Assembly (NCBI GenBank): GCA_035636095.1
Contig: DASPZU010000069.1
Coordinates: 9,199-73,198 of the forward strand
DNA: 64,000 nt
Source: Thermoanaerobaculia bacterium
Lineage (GTDB): Bacteria > Acidobacteriota > Thermoanaerobaculia > Gp7-AA8
Direction: 5' to 3'
Numbering within the stretch: position 1 is the first letter of the stretch; each line of letters begins with the position of its first letter. The notes under the pieces are model-generated. The model saw only the letters and a list, made by a program, of their open reading frames with translations, ran no database searches and was not told where the DNA came from. Made by a program: the position numbers and the translations under genes. This document shows, in pieces, positions 32,533 through 44,520 of the stretch.

Positions 32533-33567
32533 TTATCGCGCAGCCAGCGCCGGTTGCAGCGTCCGCCCCAGCACCTGCGCGATCGCGTCGACCTCGCGCA
32601 CGAGTTGCTCGAACGCCTCCGGCAGAATCGCCTGCGGCCCGTCCGACAACGCCTCCTCGGGCTTGTGGTGCACTTCGATCAGGACGCCGTCCGAGCCCAC
32701 CGCGATCGCCGCGCGCGACATCGGAAGCACTTTGTTTCGCTTGCCAGTGCCATGGCTGGGATCTACCAAAATTGGAAGGTGCGACATTCGCTTGATCGCG
32801 GGCACAACCGACAGATCAAGCGTATTGCGGGTGTGATCGGCGAATGTGCGGACGCCGCGCTCGCAGAGGATCACGTTGTAGTTGCCTTCCGACATGATGT
32901 ATTCGGCGGAAAGCAGCAGCTCTTCGAGCGTCGCCGACATGCCGCGCTTCAGCAGCACAGGCTTTCGGGCGCGGCCGGCCGCCTTGAGGAGCGCGAAATT
33001 CTGCATGTTGCGCGCGCCGATCTGGATGCAGTCGGCGTAGCGATCGACGAGGTGTAGCGACTCCTGATCGATCGCTTCGGTCACGATGGGCAGATCGAAT
33101 TCGTCGCGGACGCGCGCCAGAATCTCGAGGCCGGGTTCGCCGAGGCCCTGAAACGAATACGGTGAGGTGCGCGGCTTGTACGCGCCGCCGCGAAAGAGCT
33201 GCCCGCCCGCGCGCTTGACGCCCTCCGCGATCGTGCGCGTCTGATCGAGCGATTCCACTGCGCACGGCCCACCCACCACGACCACCCCGTTGCCCCCGAC
33301 GTCCACGCCTCCGACACTGATCACGGAGTCGTCGGGCTTGGCCTCTCGACTGACGAGCTTGTACGGCTGCGTGACGAGAATGACTTCCTTGACGCCCGGG
33401 AAGTTCTCGACGTTGGCCGGGTCTTTGGTGGCCTGCTGACCGGTGACGCAGACGGCTGTCCGGAAAGCACCCGGAATCGGGAGCGCTTTGAGCCCCAGCC
33501 GTTCGATGTGCCGTACGACGGCATCGATCTGTTCCGCCGAGGCGGCGGCTTCCATCACGACCAGCAT
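32533..33567 (-). CDS. aroF: 3-deoxy-7-phosphoheptulonate (DAHP) synthase, class I-beta with N-terminal regulatory domain
   Basis: KdsA/AroG-type TIM barrel ([25 protein letters not shown]) after a roughly 90-aa N-domain. Confidence 0.85.
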   Translation of the reverse strand: MLVVMEAAASAEQIDAVVRHIERLGLKALPIPGAFRTAVCVTGQQATKDPANVENFPGVKEVILVTQPYKLVSREAKPDDSVISVGGVDVGGNGVVVVGGPCAVESLDQTRTIAEGVKRAGGQLFRGGAYKPRTSPYSFQGLGEPGLEILARVRDEFDLPIVTEAIDQESLHLVDRYADCIQIGARNMQNFALLKAAGRARKPVLLKRGMSATLEELLLSAEYIMSEGNYNVILCERGVRTFADHTRNTLDLSVVPAIKRMSHLPILVDPSHGTGKRNKVLPMSRAAIAVGSDGVLIEVHHKPEEALSDGPQAILPEAFEQLVREVDAIAQVLGRTLQPALAAR

Positions 33568-33593
33568 CGCGAGCCAGTATAATCGACGGTCTA

Positions 33594-34313
33594 ATGCGGA
33601 AATTGCTCGTCACCGTCGCCGCGTCGTTTCTCCTTTCGACTCAGGCATTCGCAGCGTACTTCATCGTTCTGAAAGACGGCACGCAGTACAAGGCCCGACA
33701 GAAATGGACGGTCGTCGGTGGCAAGGCGACCTTCCAGCTCGAGAACGGACAGACGTTGCAGCTCGATCCTGCTTCCATCGACGTCGCGAAATCCGAAGAA
33801 GCTACCAAGTACGGCGGCGGATCGGTCCTCGGACAAGAGCAGCTACAGCCCACCGGCGGGACCAAGCCGGCGCAGTCAAACCTCGGCGGCGCGTTCAAGC
33901 TCCGCAAACTGCCCACCGAGCAACCTGCCGTCACGAATCCGAATGCACCGCCGCCGGTCGCGCCCATCAGCGGCATTCCGCTTTCCAGCGATGTGATCGC
34001 CAAATTCGAGCGCGCCTACGAGAACGTCGGGATCTTCGAGCACAAACTGACCCCGACCGGAGCGCACACATTCCGAGCCGAGCTGGTGACCGATAACGAG
34101 GAAAAAGTCTTCAACGCCCTCAGCGCGACCGCATTCCTGATGATGCACGAAGCGGGTGTTCCGGGGACGAAGATCGACATGGCGGAGCTGTTCATGCAAA
34201 CGACCATCGGCGTCGCGGCCGGTCGCTTTCAAATGACGCATGCCGATGCCGAGACGCTCGATTCGAAGAAGATGACACGCGAAGAGTATTTCATTCGCAA
34301 AGTGGTTTTCTGA
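33594..34313 (+). CDS. hypothetical secreted protein
   Basis: Signal peptide. No recognised domain. Confidence 0.5.
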   Translation: MRKLLVTVAASFLLSTQAFAAYFIVLKDGTQYKARQKWTVVGGKATFQLENGQTLQLDPASIDVAKSEEATKYGGGSVLGQEQLQPTGGTKPAQSNLGGAFKLRKLPTEQPAVTNPNAPPPVAPISGIPLSSDVIAKFERAYENVGIFEHKLTPTGAHTFRAELVTDNEEKVFNALSATAFLMMHEAGVPGTKIDMAELFMQTTIGVAAGRFQMTHADAETLDSKKMTREEYFIRKVVF

Positions 34314-34322
34314 CGCCCGCGT

Positions 34323-35279
34323 CTACTGAATGACGGCCACGCTCGCCTGACCCCCGTACACCATCACATAGCGAAACGAGCGTTCCTCGGGGTCAAGGAT
34401 CGTTTTTTCACCGGCCGCAAAAACAAATTCTTCGACCGGGCCTTCGACGGTGATCAATTCCAAGCGATCGTTCGCAAACCGCACCTGAATGGAGCGCGCC
34501 ACTCCGTTGTCGTAGTTGATCGCGAATCGCGCACGCCCGTGGATCCCGCCGAAATCGTAAGCCGTCGCGGCGCTCGGTCGCGATCCGACAACCGGAACGC
34601 CGTTGACATCGCGGATTTCCGGGATGGCGGTCTTGAAACTGAACGCCGTCTTGGGCGGAACGATCTTCTGCGGCGGTGAAGCGAAGATGCCCGCGCGCTG
34701 CGACAGGAAGTTCCAACGTCCAATCGGTGGACGCCCGATCAGCATCGGTGGCGTCATCCACGATCGGGGGGGATCGCGAGTCAGCAGATCGTCGCGCCAC
34801 GCGCGCACGATGGTCCAGGTGCTGCCGGTCGGTTCGACATTCTTGTAGGCGTCGGTGATGTCGATAGAGGCGATCACGCCGCCGACGCCGTTCGCGCTGC
34901 GGGCCGCGATCACGATGCGGTTGCCGCGGTCGCGTGCGAGCTTGCTGACATCGTAGACATCGAGCGCGCTGTCCTCGCGAATTCGCCGGCCGCCAATCTG
35001 GACACCGTTGAAATAAAGCGTGTACTCCGGATCGACCGCGACTTTGATTCGGGTGAATTGGCGATTGGGAGGGAGATCAAAGTTGTGAGTCGCGAAGAAC
35101 GCGACCGGAATGTTGCGGCTGAGCTGATGCTGCGCCCAGATCCACTGCGCCCGGCCGGAGACATCGAAGAATTTGTGGGCGTAAAGCAAATAGAGACGAT
35201 CGTACGCGGCGACGAAACCGAAAATCGCGAGGACCCCCATGGCCATGCGGCGCATCAGGCTATGATCGGACGCGTTCAT
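34323..35279 (-). CDS. membrane-anchored hypothetical protein with galactose-binding-like (rhamnosidase-N-like) repeats
   Basis: N-terminal TM. TRIKVAVDPEYTLYFNGVQIGG...DVYDVSKLARDRGNRIV pattern. Confidence 0.5.
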   Translation of the reverse strand: MNASDHSLMRRMAMGVLAIFGFVAAYDRLYLLYAHKFFDVSGRAQWIWAQHQLSRNIPVAFFATHNFDLPPNRQFTRIKVAVDPEYTLYFNGVQIGGRRIREDSALDVYDVSKLARDRGNRIVIAARSANGVGGVIASIDITDAYKNVEPTGSTWTIVRAWRDDLLTRDPPRSWMTPPMLIGRPPIGRWNFLSQRAGIFASPPQKIVPPKTAFSFKTAIPEIRDVNGVPVVGSRPSAATAYDFGGIHGRARFAINYDNGVARSIQVRFANDRLELITVEGPVEEFVFAAGEKTILDPEERSFRYVMVYGGQASVAVIQ

Positions 35280-35288
35280 GAACGCAGT

Positions 35289-36050
35289 TTAATGCGGCGT
35301 TATGACAGTCACATGCTGCGTTTCATTGTTCGTGACACTAACGAAAGCCCAGAATCGCATGCCCGGAGAGACTGGCTCGATTTCGATTCGCAGCAATGTC
35401 GTCGAAAGAAGCTGCGGGAAATCTCTGGTGAGCCATAGGTACTGCGCGAATCCCGGTTCGAACTCCGATCCGCTCGCCGACGGCAGAGCGACATTGATAT
35501 CGACAAGCGGCGTTTTCCCGTCGAGCTCGAACATTCGAAGCCGTGCGACGCCGGCGCCTCGCAAGTCGGTCTCGTAAATCCGGAGCGCTTGTCGGAAGCG
35601 AGAGTCGGTCGGAATTCCGAGAAGGACGATCTTGCGCGTTGAGAGCTCCGATTCGCGTACGACCGGAATCTCTGTCCCCCACGTTTGCGCTTGCCGCGAG
35701 ACATCCTGGACGCGAAGATTGAAGTGAAGGTTCGCTTTGTCGAATCCCTCCGGATATCCCAGCCAGAAAATCGTTCCAGGCACGTCACTGTGGTCGAATC
35801 GGACCGAGAGAAAACCGTTGACCGTGCTTAACGGCGCGATGCGGAAACCTGGCGATGTAGGAGTAATGCCGACTTCGACGGACGAATCATTGCGGATCAA
35901 ATCCTTTGTTTCCCATAACGAACCGTTGACGCCCTTCACGTTCTGAACGGAAACCGGGACAAGGATTCGCTCGCTCACGATCACGATATTCTGGCCGGCA
36001 AGACGAATCGTTGAACATGCCACAATGATTGAGAGCAGAGCGCGGTGCAT
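35289..36050 (-). CDS. hypothetical secreted protein (inside lower-GC islet)
   Basis: Signal peptide MHRALLSIIVACSTIRLAG. Confidence 0.5.
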   Translation of the reverse strand: MHRALLSIIVACSTIRLAGQNIVIVSERILVPVSVQNVKGVNGSLWETKDLIRNDSSVEVGITPTSPGFRIAPLSTVNGFLSVRFDHSDVPGTIFWLGYPEGFDKANLHFNLRVQDVSRQAQTWGTEIPVVRESELSTRKIVLLGIPTDSRFRQALRIYETDLRGAGVARLRMFELDGKTPLVDINVALPSASGSEFEPGFAQYLWLTRDFPQLLSTTLLRIEIEPVSPGMRFWAFVSVTNNETQHVTVITPH

Positions 36051-36062
36051 TCGTTCCCCTTT

Positions 36063-36905
36063 TCACCAGCCGATTTGTAACGGCGTGTCGCCGCATAGTC
36101 CGGTCCAGTCGACTGCTCCGTTCATGATGCAGGCCTGTGGGCCGATACACTGGCCAACTTCGCAATTGCGATTTGGAGCGGTTGGTCTCGGGCCTCGTCC
36201 CCGTGTACACGAATTGCAGCCTGTGCGGAAACAGCCAGCGTTATATTCATCGCACGCCCAAAAAACGTGGCCAGTTTCATGGCTTAGCACACGATCAAAA
36301 TTGTTGGATCCCCAGTAATCGTTGATAAACAACGTCTGCACCCAGGGGCCGCTAAGGTCGTACGTATAGGCGTAGATGCCACCGGAACCCGGAAAGAAGC
36401 TCGGCGCCCCGGGAGGATTATAGGCAACGAATACGGAGAAAGCGCCGTCGTAAGGCGGCGATACGCGATTCAGCTGATCGTGATTGTATTCCTCGACTCT
36501 GGTCGCCACGTTATCGCGACTGAAGATGAGCGCCGGCGGCGCGCTTACACCGTATCCCTCGGCCCTGCAACCGCTAAACGGTGGTCGACACTGCTCCATG
36601 ATTTGATTGATCCAGCGAAAATCATCGAGGACGTTATGAGTTATCGGCTCGTAACGCTGGTTCACCAAGCTGTTGTATGGCTCCCAGACGCCAATGATAA
36701 AACCGAGACTGATACCGCGAGCGGCTGCTTGGTTACGCCAGAAACTGAGGCTATAAATAGCCTGATTGGTAATGTTGCTGTACTCGGCGCCAGTCCAAGT
36801 ATAGGTGTTGAGATCACCGGGACTCTGGTCCGGATCGGAGGGTGTGGGTGTCACTTGGCCAGAGCTTTCGACTTCGAACACTTCGACGTTAATCAAGCCC
36901 CGCAT
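36063..36905 (-). CDS. putative zinc metalloprotease (HETGH...DEY) with Cys-rich C-terminus; possibly frameshifted continuation of 36893-37528
   Basis: SHETGHVFWACDEY HExxH motif. No own signal peptide. Upstream ORF has signal peptide and is +1 out of frame. Confidence 0.45.
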   Translation of the reverse strand: MRGLINVEVFEVESSGQVTPTPSDPDQSPGDLNTYTWTGAEYSNITNQAIYSLSFWRNQAAARGISLGFIIGVWEPYNSLVNQRYEPITHNVLDDFRWINQIMEQCRPPFSGCRAEGYGVSAPPALIFSRDNVATRVEEYNHDQLNRVSPPYDGAFSVFVAYNPPGAPSFFPGSGGIYAYTYDLSGPWVQTLFINDYWGSNNFDRVLSHETGHVFWACDEYNAGCFRTGCNSCTRGRGPRPTAPNRNCEVGQCIGPQACIMNGAVDWTGLCGDTPLQIGW

Positions 36906-37528
36906 CTGCGGGTTAGCCCGCCTAAGTGGTCATTTGGAACGACAGCTTGCCTGGCAATTCTCCGTGGACCCGTCAGATTTCCGCTGTTACTCGGCGGGCT
37001 GGAGACATTCGCGGTGACGGCCGAATTCCACTCCGCAGAGATGCAACCGGTAATTGGACGAGGCGTCACCTGCAGCGCGGCTTCCTTCTGTCGAGCGATT
37101 TCGCCGGAAACCACTGCGTTGAAGAAACGTAGAGCGATTCCTGCCTGCTTTTCTAGGAACGGGAGTTGCGGCAGACTTGGTTCGTCGAGGCGCAGTGAGC
37201 GCGCGTCGACGGCCGCCCGTGTTATCGCGAGAATTCCATGTTGACCAATAAGAGTACGGTCAAGTGCAGGATTAACCCAACCGAGCATGATACGCGGCGT
37301 AATGACAGCAATTCGTGCGCCTTGCTGCTCGGCAAAGTCCCGTGCCGCGCGGGCTTCAGTTTCTGTCGCGTTTGTCGTGATTATTGCCGTGTAACCTTGG
37401 AGCCAGGCAGTAGCGCGCAGACAGCGCTCGGTTCTACATTGCGCGAATGCATTACCTGCAAAGAAGGTACAAGTGATTACGGTCAAGATGCGGACAGCAA
37501 CCGTGAAGTCGCGATTAAACCTACTCAT
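36893..37528 (-). CDS. hypothetical secreted protein (possible N-terminal part of a frameshifted metalloprotease gene)
   Basis: Signal peptide MSRFNRDFTVAVRILTVITCTFFAGNAFA. Confidence 0.4.
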   Translation of the reverse strand: MSRFNRDFTVAVRILTVITCTFFAGNAFAQCRTERCLRATAWLQGYTAIITTNATETEARAARDFAEQQGARIAVITPRIMLGWVNPALDRTLIGQHGILAITRAAVDARSLRLDEPSLPQLPFLEKQAGIALRFFNAVVSGEIARQKEAALQVTPRPITGCISAEWNSAVTANVSSPPSNSGNLTGPRRIARQAVVPNDHLGGLTRRCGA

Positions 37529-37611
37529 ACCGCCTCCTTTTCAGCGAGTGGGAAGCAAACTGCATTCCCTCCGTATTTACACTTAGACGGCACGAATCAG
37601 ATGAGAAACCA

Positions 37612-37747
37612 GCTGCTAGATAACGGTGACATCCAAGAATTTGTGGGCATAGAGCAGCTAGAGGCGGCTGTACGCGGCAACCAGCGCGAAGAGCACGAGC
37701 ACCCCGATCGCTATGCGGTGCATCAAGCTATGATCGGACGCCTTCAT
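37612..37747 (-). pseudogene. N-terminal relic of a paralog of the 34323-35279 gene (MKASDHSLMHRIAIGVLVLFALVAAYSRL*) with in-frame TAG
   Basis: Own translation of the minus strand. Part of the duplicated junction. Confidence 0.5.
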
Positions 37748-38453
37748 GAATGCCGTGATTGTAATTCCCGCGCGCTGGGCGTCGACGCGCTTCCCTGGAA
37801 AACCTCTGGCGATGATCGCGGGAACTTCGCTGATCCGGCGCGTTTACGAGCGCGCCAACCTTGCACGTCGCGCGAGCGCCATCTTCGTCGCCACGGATGA
37901 CGATCGCATCGCCGATCACGTGGCCAAGTTCGGCGGAAAGGTCGTGCAGCCCAAAGGCGATTTTCAGTCGGGTACCGACCGCATCGCCGCCTCGCTCGAT
38001 CTACTGGGTGGAGAGTTCGATCAGGTCATCCACCTCCAGGGCGACGAGCCGCTGATCGATGCCGCGAGCATTGATGCTCTCATCGAGAATCTGCAGAGGA
38101 CCAAGGCCGACATGGTGACGCTGGCCTGTCCCTTTGAGAATGACGGAGAGCGAGAGTCACGAGACATCGTCAAAGTCGTCACCACCCTCGACGGCACCGC
38201 TCTCTACTTCTCGAGGGCACCTCTCGCGGGCTCCCGGCATCACATAGGACTCTACGGTTACCAGACTGGGGTGCTCCGCGCTCTGGCGAAGCTCGAACCC
38301 TCTCCGCTGGAGCGTGCCGAATCTCTCGAACAGTTGCGAGCACTGCAAAACGGTTTTAGAATCCAAGTGCTCCACACCCGACGGCCTCACCTCGGAATTG
38401 ATCGACCGGAGGACGTTTTGCGTGTGGAGCAGGAGTTGGCGAAACATGGCTGA
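37746..38453 (+). CDS. kdsB: 3-deoxy-manno-octulosonate cytidylyltransferase (CMP-Kdo synthetase)
   Basis: MNAVIVIPARWASTRFPGKPLAMIAGTSLIRRVYERA is canonical KdsB. Confidence 0.93.
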   Translation: MNAVIVIPARWASTRFPGKPLAMIAGTSLIRRVYERANLARRASAIFVATDDDRIADHVAKFGGKVVQPKGDFQSGTDRIAASLDLLGGEFDQVIHLQGDEPLIDAASIDALIENLQRTKADMVTLACPFENDGERESRDIVKVVTTLDGTALYFSRAPLAGSRHHIGLYGYQTGVLRALAKLEPSPLERAESLEQLRALQNGFRIQVLHTRRPHLGIDRPEDVLRVEQELAKHG

Positions 38454-38530
38454 TCGGGAGGCAAATTCGTGAGCGTAAGGCTCACGATCATCGAAGTAAA
38501 ACAAGCTCAGCCGGACTTTCCCCCCTCAAA

Positions 38531-40299
<1,769 letters not shown>

Positions 40300-40300
<1 letters not shown>

Positions 40301-40713
40301 TGGTCTGGCGAAGAATCGGCGCCACCATCCTCGGAATCATCGTCGCCGCGCTGATCGTTCAGTGCGCCGAGTTGATCGTCCATTTCTTGTACCCGCCGCC
40401 GCCCGGCTACAACATGCGGAACATGGATGAGGTGAAAAAGTTCGTGGCGGCACTGCCGGCGCTCGCGATGGTAGTGGTGCTGATCGGCTGGTTGATCGGA
40501 ACGCTGGCGGGAACATTCCTGGGCGCGAAAATCGGACGCAGTCGCGTGCCTGCCTACATCATCGGTGCATTGCTGTTCCTGGGCGGAATCGCGAACGCGA
40601 CGATGATTCCGCAGCCGGTGTGGTTCTCGGTCGCGTCGTTCGTGATTTACATCGGCGGGACCATCGCCGGCGCCATGCTCGGGCGGCCTGCGGTACCATC
40701 CCCGGCGGGATGA
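40300..40713 (+). CDS. small 2-4 TM membrane protein of unknown function
   Basis: GTG start overlapping pyrG stop. ATGA overlap with kdsA start. Hydrophobic. Confidence 0.45.
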
Positions 40714-41540
40714 CCACGCGCACGATTCGGATCACCAACGACATCGCGTTCGGCGGTGATCATCCTCCCCTCTTCATCGCCGGACCGTGTGTGATCGAGT
40801 CGCGCGAGCACGCACTTGCGATGGCACGTACGCTGCGGAAGCTGCGGGACGCGCTGAAGATCAACCTGGTCTACAAATCGTCATTCGACAAAGCGAACCG
40901 CTCGTCGATCGACTCCTTCCGCGGACCCGGGCTCGAGGAAGGGCTCGACATTCTCCGCGCTGTGAAAGAGGAGACGGGCTTGCCGCTGATCTCGGACATC
41001 CACGAACCCGATCAGGCGGAGCCGGCCGCGAAGGTTCTCGACATCCTCCAGATCCCGGCCTTTCTCTGCCGCCAGACCGATCTGGTCGCGGCGGCGGCGC
41101 GCACCGGAAAGCCGGTCGGCGTGAAAAAAGGCCAATTCCTTTCTCCGGAGGAAACCAAGAACATCCTCGAGAAGGGCCACGAAGTCGGCAACGACCGCAT
41201 CTTCATCACCGAGCGCGGATCGTCGTTCGGCTATCAGAATCTGGTGGTCGACATGCGCGCGTTTCCGATCATTCGCGGATTCGGCGCGCCGGTGGTCTAC
41301 GACATCACGCATTCGATGCAGAAGCCGGGCGGCGAAGGAAAGCAGACCGGCGGCACGCCTGAGTTCGCGCGGCCGCTGGCGCGCGCGGCGGCGGCGGTGG
41401 GCGCGGACGGATTTTTCATGGAGGTGCACGACAATCCGCCAGCGGCGCTGTCGGACCGCACCACGCAGATCCGTCCCGACGCGGCGCGGTCGATCATCGA
41501 GGACGTGCTCGCAATTCGGGCGGCGCTGCAGCCCATCTGA
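40710..41540 (+). CDS. kdsA: 3-deoxy-8-phosphooctulonate synthase
   Basis: MTTRTIRITNDIAFGGDHPPLFIAGPCVIES...ITERG..HDNP. Confidence 0.93.
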   Translation: MTTRTIRITNDIAFGGDHPPLFIAGPCVIESREHALAMARTLRKLRDALKINLVYKSSFDKANRSSIDSFRGPGLEEGLDILRAVKEETGLPLISDIHEPDQAEPAAKVLDILQIPAFLCRQTDLVAAAARTGKPVGVKKGQFLSPEETKNILEKGHEVGNDRIFITERGSSFGYQNLVVDMRAFPIIRGFGAPVVYDITHSMQKPGGEGKQTGGTPEFARPLARAAAAVGADGFFMEVHDNPPAALSDRTTQIRPDAARSIIEDVLAIRAALQPI

Positions 41541-43246
41541 TGATGCGACGCGTCATCGCGATCGTCATCGCCGCCTACCTTGTGCTAGTTCTTTTCAACG
41601 GCTTCGTCCTGGTCGAGCTGTTTCTGCGGCGTGTCGGGATCCCGATTCTCTTCGCGGTCGCGGCGTCTCTCGCCTGCATCGGCAGCGGTTTTCTCGCGCG
41701 ACGGCTGCGCCCCGACATCGCGCTGAACTTCATCGTCGGATATCCGATTTTCGGCGCGATTTGTTTTCTGGCCGCGCTGATGAAGATCTCCGCCTGGACG
41801 ATGGTGCCGATGGTGGGGATCCTGGGTGGTGTGGGAGCGGCCGCCCTCGGCCGCTCAGCAGCGGGCGAGGCGCCCGCCGCCACACCGAAGCCCGCCACCA
41901 CGCTCGCCCTCGCGCTCATCGGCCTCTCGGCATTGATCGAGGCGCAAGCACCCCCCTCCACGCTCGACGAGCTCGCCTATCACCTCGCGGTGCCGTGGAC
42001 GTGGGTGAAGGAAGGGCGTGCGATCGATCTTCCGCTCGTTTCGCATTCGTACTTCCCTCTGGGCATCGAGTCGGCTGACATTCCCTTTCTCGCGATCCTC
42101 GGAACCGGCGGCGGCGTGGCGTCGCATTTCCTGCATCTCTTCGCGGCGATTGCCGTCGTCGTTGTCCTGCTTCGCAATACCAAGGATTGTCCGATCATGA
42201 CCGTCGCGATCGTCGCGACTCCGGCTCTGGCGCTGACCGCCGGCTGGTCGCTGGTCGACTGGATCGTTCTCGGCGTTTCGCTCGCGCTCGTGAACGCTCT
42301 CGAGAATGATGATGTCGCCACCGTTTCGGCAGCCGTCGCTGCCGGGCTGCTGACGAAATACACCTTCGTTCCGATCGCGCTGATTGCGATTCTCGTTACG
42401 CGAAGATTTCGGGGTGTGCTGCCTGGGGTAGCGGTCGGATCGATCTTCTTCATCCGAAATCTGATTCTGACCGGCAATCCGATCGCCCCCTTCTTCGGCG
42501 CGTTGGCACCGCACGTCGCCCACTATCGGGCCGGAGCGTTTTTCTCCGATTACGTTTTCGACGGCCGATTTATCGACGAGAGCCTGGGCGCGTCGCTCTT
42601 CATCGCATGCACGTTAACGGTTGGATTGCTGCCGTGGATCCTGATGGCAGCCGGTGCGCTTCTGTTTCTCCTCGCGCCCTCGGCGCGTCTTCTCGTCCCG
42701 TTCTTCGCGATCCCCGCCGCCCGCGCCCTCCCGCCCACCCGCCCGATCCGCGTGGCGCTCGCGATGGCGGTGGTCATGCAGCTTTTCCTGGTCGCATTTT
42801 TCACCGATCGCACGGAAGCATTCGCGCTGCTCTCCGGGCGTCTGGACGAAAAGCAATATCTGGCGACCATGCGGCCATCGACGACGACCATCGCGTCGGT
42901 CGACGCCGCGCTGCCGCCCAACTCGTGCACGCTGCTGATCGGTCTCAACGAGACCTACTGGTTTCAACATCGCGTGCGAGGAGGCGGCAACTTCGACGGT
43001 CAGCGCATTTCGGCGTATCTCGACGCCGGCAATTCCGATGCGCTTTACGCGCGGCTGCGTCGGGACGGGATCACGCACATCGCGGTATTCGCGACGCCAC
43101 CACCAACGGCAGTGGAGACCAAAGTCGAAGAGCGCCAGACCATTCTGTCGACGGGAGCAGGGCGCACGCTAGCGCAGACTCTCGATCGTCACACGCTCAG
43201 CGTCACGCAGCGCGGAAACGCAACTCTGTTCGCGCTTAAACCGTGA
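41540..43246 (+). CDS. polytopic membrane protein, ArnT/PMT-like glycosyltransferase (GT39/GT83-like), tentative
   Basis: About 11 TM helices then a soluble C-domain. DE motif in first loop. LPS context. Confidence 0.4.
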   Translation: MMRRVIAIVIAAYLVLVLFNGFVLVELFLRRVGIPILFAVAASLACIGSGFLARRLRPDIALNFIVGYPIFGAICFLAALMKISAWTMVPMVGILGGVGAAALGRSAAGEAPAATPKPATTLALALIGLSALIEAQAPPSTLDELAYHLAVPWTWVKEGRAIDLPLVSHSYFPLGIESADIPFLAILGTGGGVASHFLHLFAAIAVVVVLLRNTKDCPIMTVAIVATPALALTAGWSLVDWIVLGVSLALVNALENDDVATVSAAVAAGLLTKYTFVPIALIAILVTRRFRGVLPGVAVGSIFFIRNLILTGNPIAPFFGALAPHVAHYRAGAFFSDYVFDGRFIDESLGASLFIACTLTVGLLPWILMAAGALLFLLAPSARLLVPFFAIPAARALPPTRPIRVALAMAVVMQLFLVAFFTDRTEAFALLSGRLDEKQYLATMRPSTTTIASVDAALPPNSCTLLIGLNETYWFQHRVRGGGNFDGQRISAYLDAGNSDALYARLRRDGITHIAVFATPPPTAVETKVEERQTILSTGAGRTLAQTLDRHTLSVTQRGNATLFALKP

Positions 43247-44402
43247 CCACTTCGCGCACGCCCGACGCCGATCGCAGCGCTGCCGCCTTGTCGGCGGCCT
43301 CCCACGAGAATTCCGGCTCCGTGCGGCCGAAGTGGCCGTACGCAGCCGTCTTCTTGTAGATCGGGCGTCGCAGGCGCAGCGACTCGATGATGCCGCGCGG
43401 CGTGAGCTGGAAGTGTTCGCGGACGAGGTCGGACAGGCGCTTCGGATCGATGCGGCTCGTCCCGAACGTCTCGACGTAGACCGAGACCGGGTCGGCCACC
43501 CCGATGGCGTAGGCCAGCTGCACCTCGACTTCATCGGCCAGGCCGGACGCGACGATGTTCTTGGCGATGTAGCGCGCCATGTAGCACGCCGAGCGATCGA
43601 CCTTGGTCGGATCTTTTCCTGAGAAAGATCCGCCGCCGTGACGTCCGCGTCCGCCGTAGGTATCGACGATGATCTTGCGTCCCGTCAGGCCGGTATCGCC
43701 CTGCGGACCGCCGATCACAAATCTGCCGGTCGGATTGATGTGGAACACCGTTTCCTTATCGAGAAATTCGGCTGGGACGGTCGGCTTGATCACCTTCTCG
43801 GTGATCACTTCGCGCAGATCGCGATTGCTGACGTCGGGCGAATGCTGCGTCGAGATCACGATCGCCTGCGCGCGCACGGGACGTTTTCCTTCGTACTCGA
43901 TTGTGACTTGCGACTTGCCATCAGGGCGCAGGAAATCGAGCTCGCCCGATCTGCGTGCTTCAGCCAGACGACGCACCAGCTTGTGCGCCAGCGTAATCGG
44001 AAGCGGCATGAGCTCGGGAGTCTCGCGGCACGCAAAGCCGAACATCAGACCCTGATCGCCCGCGCCACCGGTGTCGACGCCCTGCGCGATATCGGGCGAC
44101 TGGGGATCGATCGATGAAATCACGGCGCACGTTTCGCTGTCGAAGCCGTACTTGGCGCGCGTGTATCCGATTTCTTTGATGGTGTTGCGAACGATGGAAG
44201 GGAAATCGACGTAGGTCTTGGTCGTGATTTCGCCGGCGATCATGGCCATGCCGGTCGTCACGAGCGTTTCGCAGGCCACCCGGCCCACCGGATCCTCGGC
44301 CAGGACGGCGTCGAGGATGGCATCGGAAATCTGGTCTGCGATCTTGTCCGGATGACCCTCGGTCACAGACTCCGAGGTGAATAAAGTTCGATGCATCGCC
44401 AT
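43236..44402 (-). CDS. metK: S-adenosylmethionine synthetase
   Basis: [26 protein letters not shown]...GGGAFSGKD. Confidence 0.95.
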   Translation of the reverse strand: MAMHRTLFTSESVTEGHPDKIADQISDAILDAVLAEDPVGRVACETLVTTGMAMIAGEITTKTYVDFPSIVRNTIKEIGYTRAKYGFDSETCAVISSIDPQSPDIAQGVDTGGAGDQGLMFGFACRETPELMPLPITLAHKLVRRLAEARRSGELDFLRPDGKSQVTIEYEGKRPVRAQAIVISTQHSPDVSNRDLREVITEKVIKPTVPAEFLDKETVFHINPTGRFVIGGPQGDTGLTGRKIIVDTYGGRGRHGGGSFSGKDPTKVDRSACYMARYIAKNIVASGLADEVEVQLAYAIGVADPVSVYVETFGTSRIDPKRLSDLVREHFQLTPRGIIESLRLRRPIYKKTAAYGHFGRTEPEFSWEAADKAAALRSASGVREVVTV

Positions 44403-44448
44403 GGTCGGGGAAGCTCCTTCGAGGAAATCGACGAATCGTAGCATACGA

Positions 44449-44520
44449 GTGCTTAGTGCTGAGTCCTGAGTGCTGAGTCCCGCCCACTCAGGACTCAGGA
44501 CTCAGCACTCAGGACTCAGA
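44449..44520. repeat. heptamer-palindrome element family E copy 1: (CTGAGTC/CTGAGTG)x3 - CCGCCC - (ACTCAGG/ACTCAGC)x4
   Basis: Direct reading. Contains lptE TGA stop. Lies in the metK leader. Confidence 0.9.

Larger units (their letters stand above)
35293..37604. other. lower-GC (about 52%) inserted islet flanked by diverged direct duplications of about 140 bp (35150-35292 and 37605-37750)
   Basis: Hand alignment of the two junction segments gives about 80% identity. Each copy carries the divergent start pair (minus-strand MxASDHSLM.. and plus-strand MNAV of kdsB). Only one member of each pair is intact. Confidence 0.5.

Noticed and set aside
40620-40710. ORF-track start of kdsA at 40620 (MVLGRVVRDLHRRDH...)
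   Set aside because: That part overlaps the preceding membrane ORF in another frame. The ATGA-coupled start at 40710 (MTTRTIRITNDIAFGG) matches KdsA N-termini.
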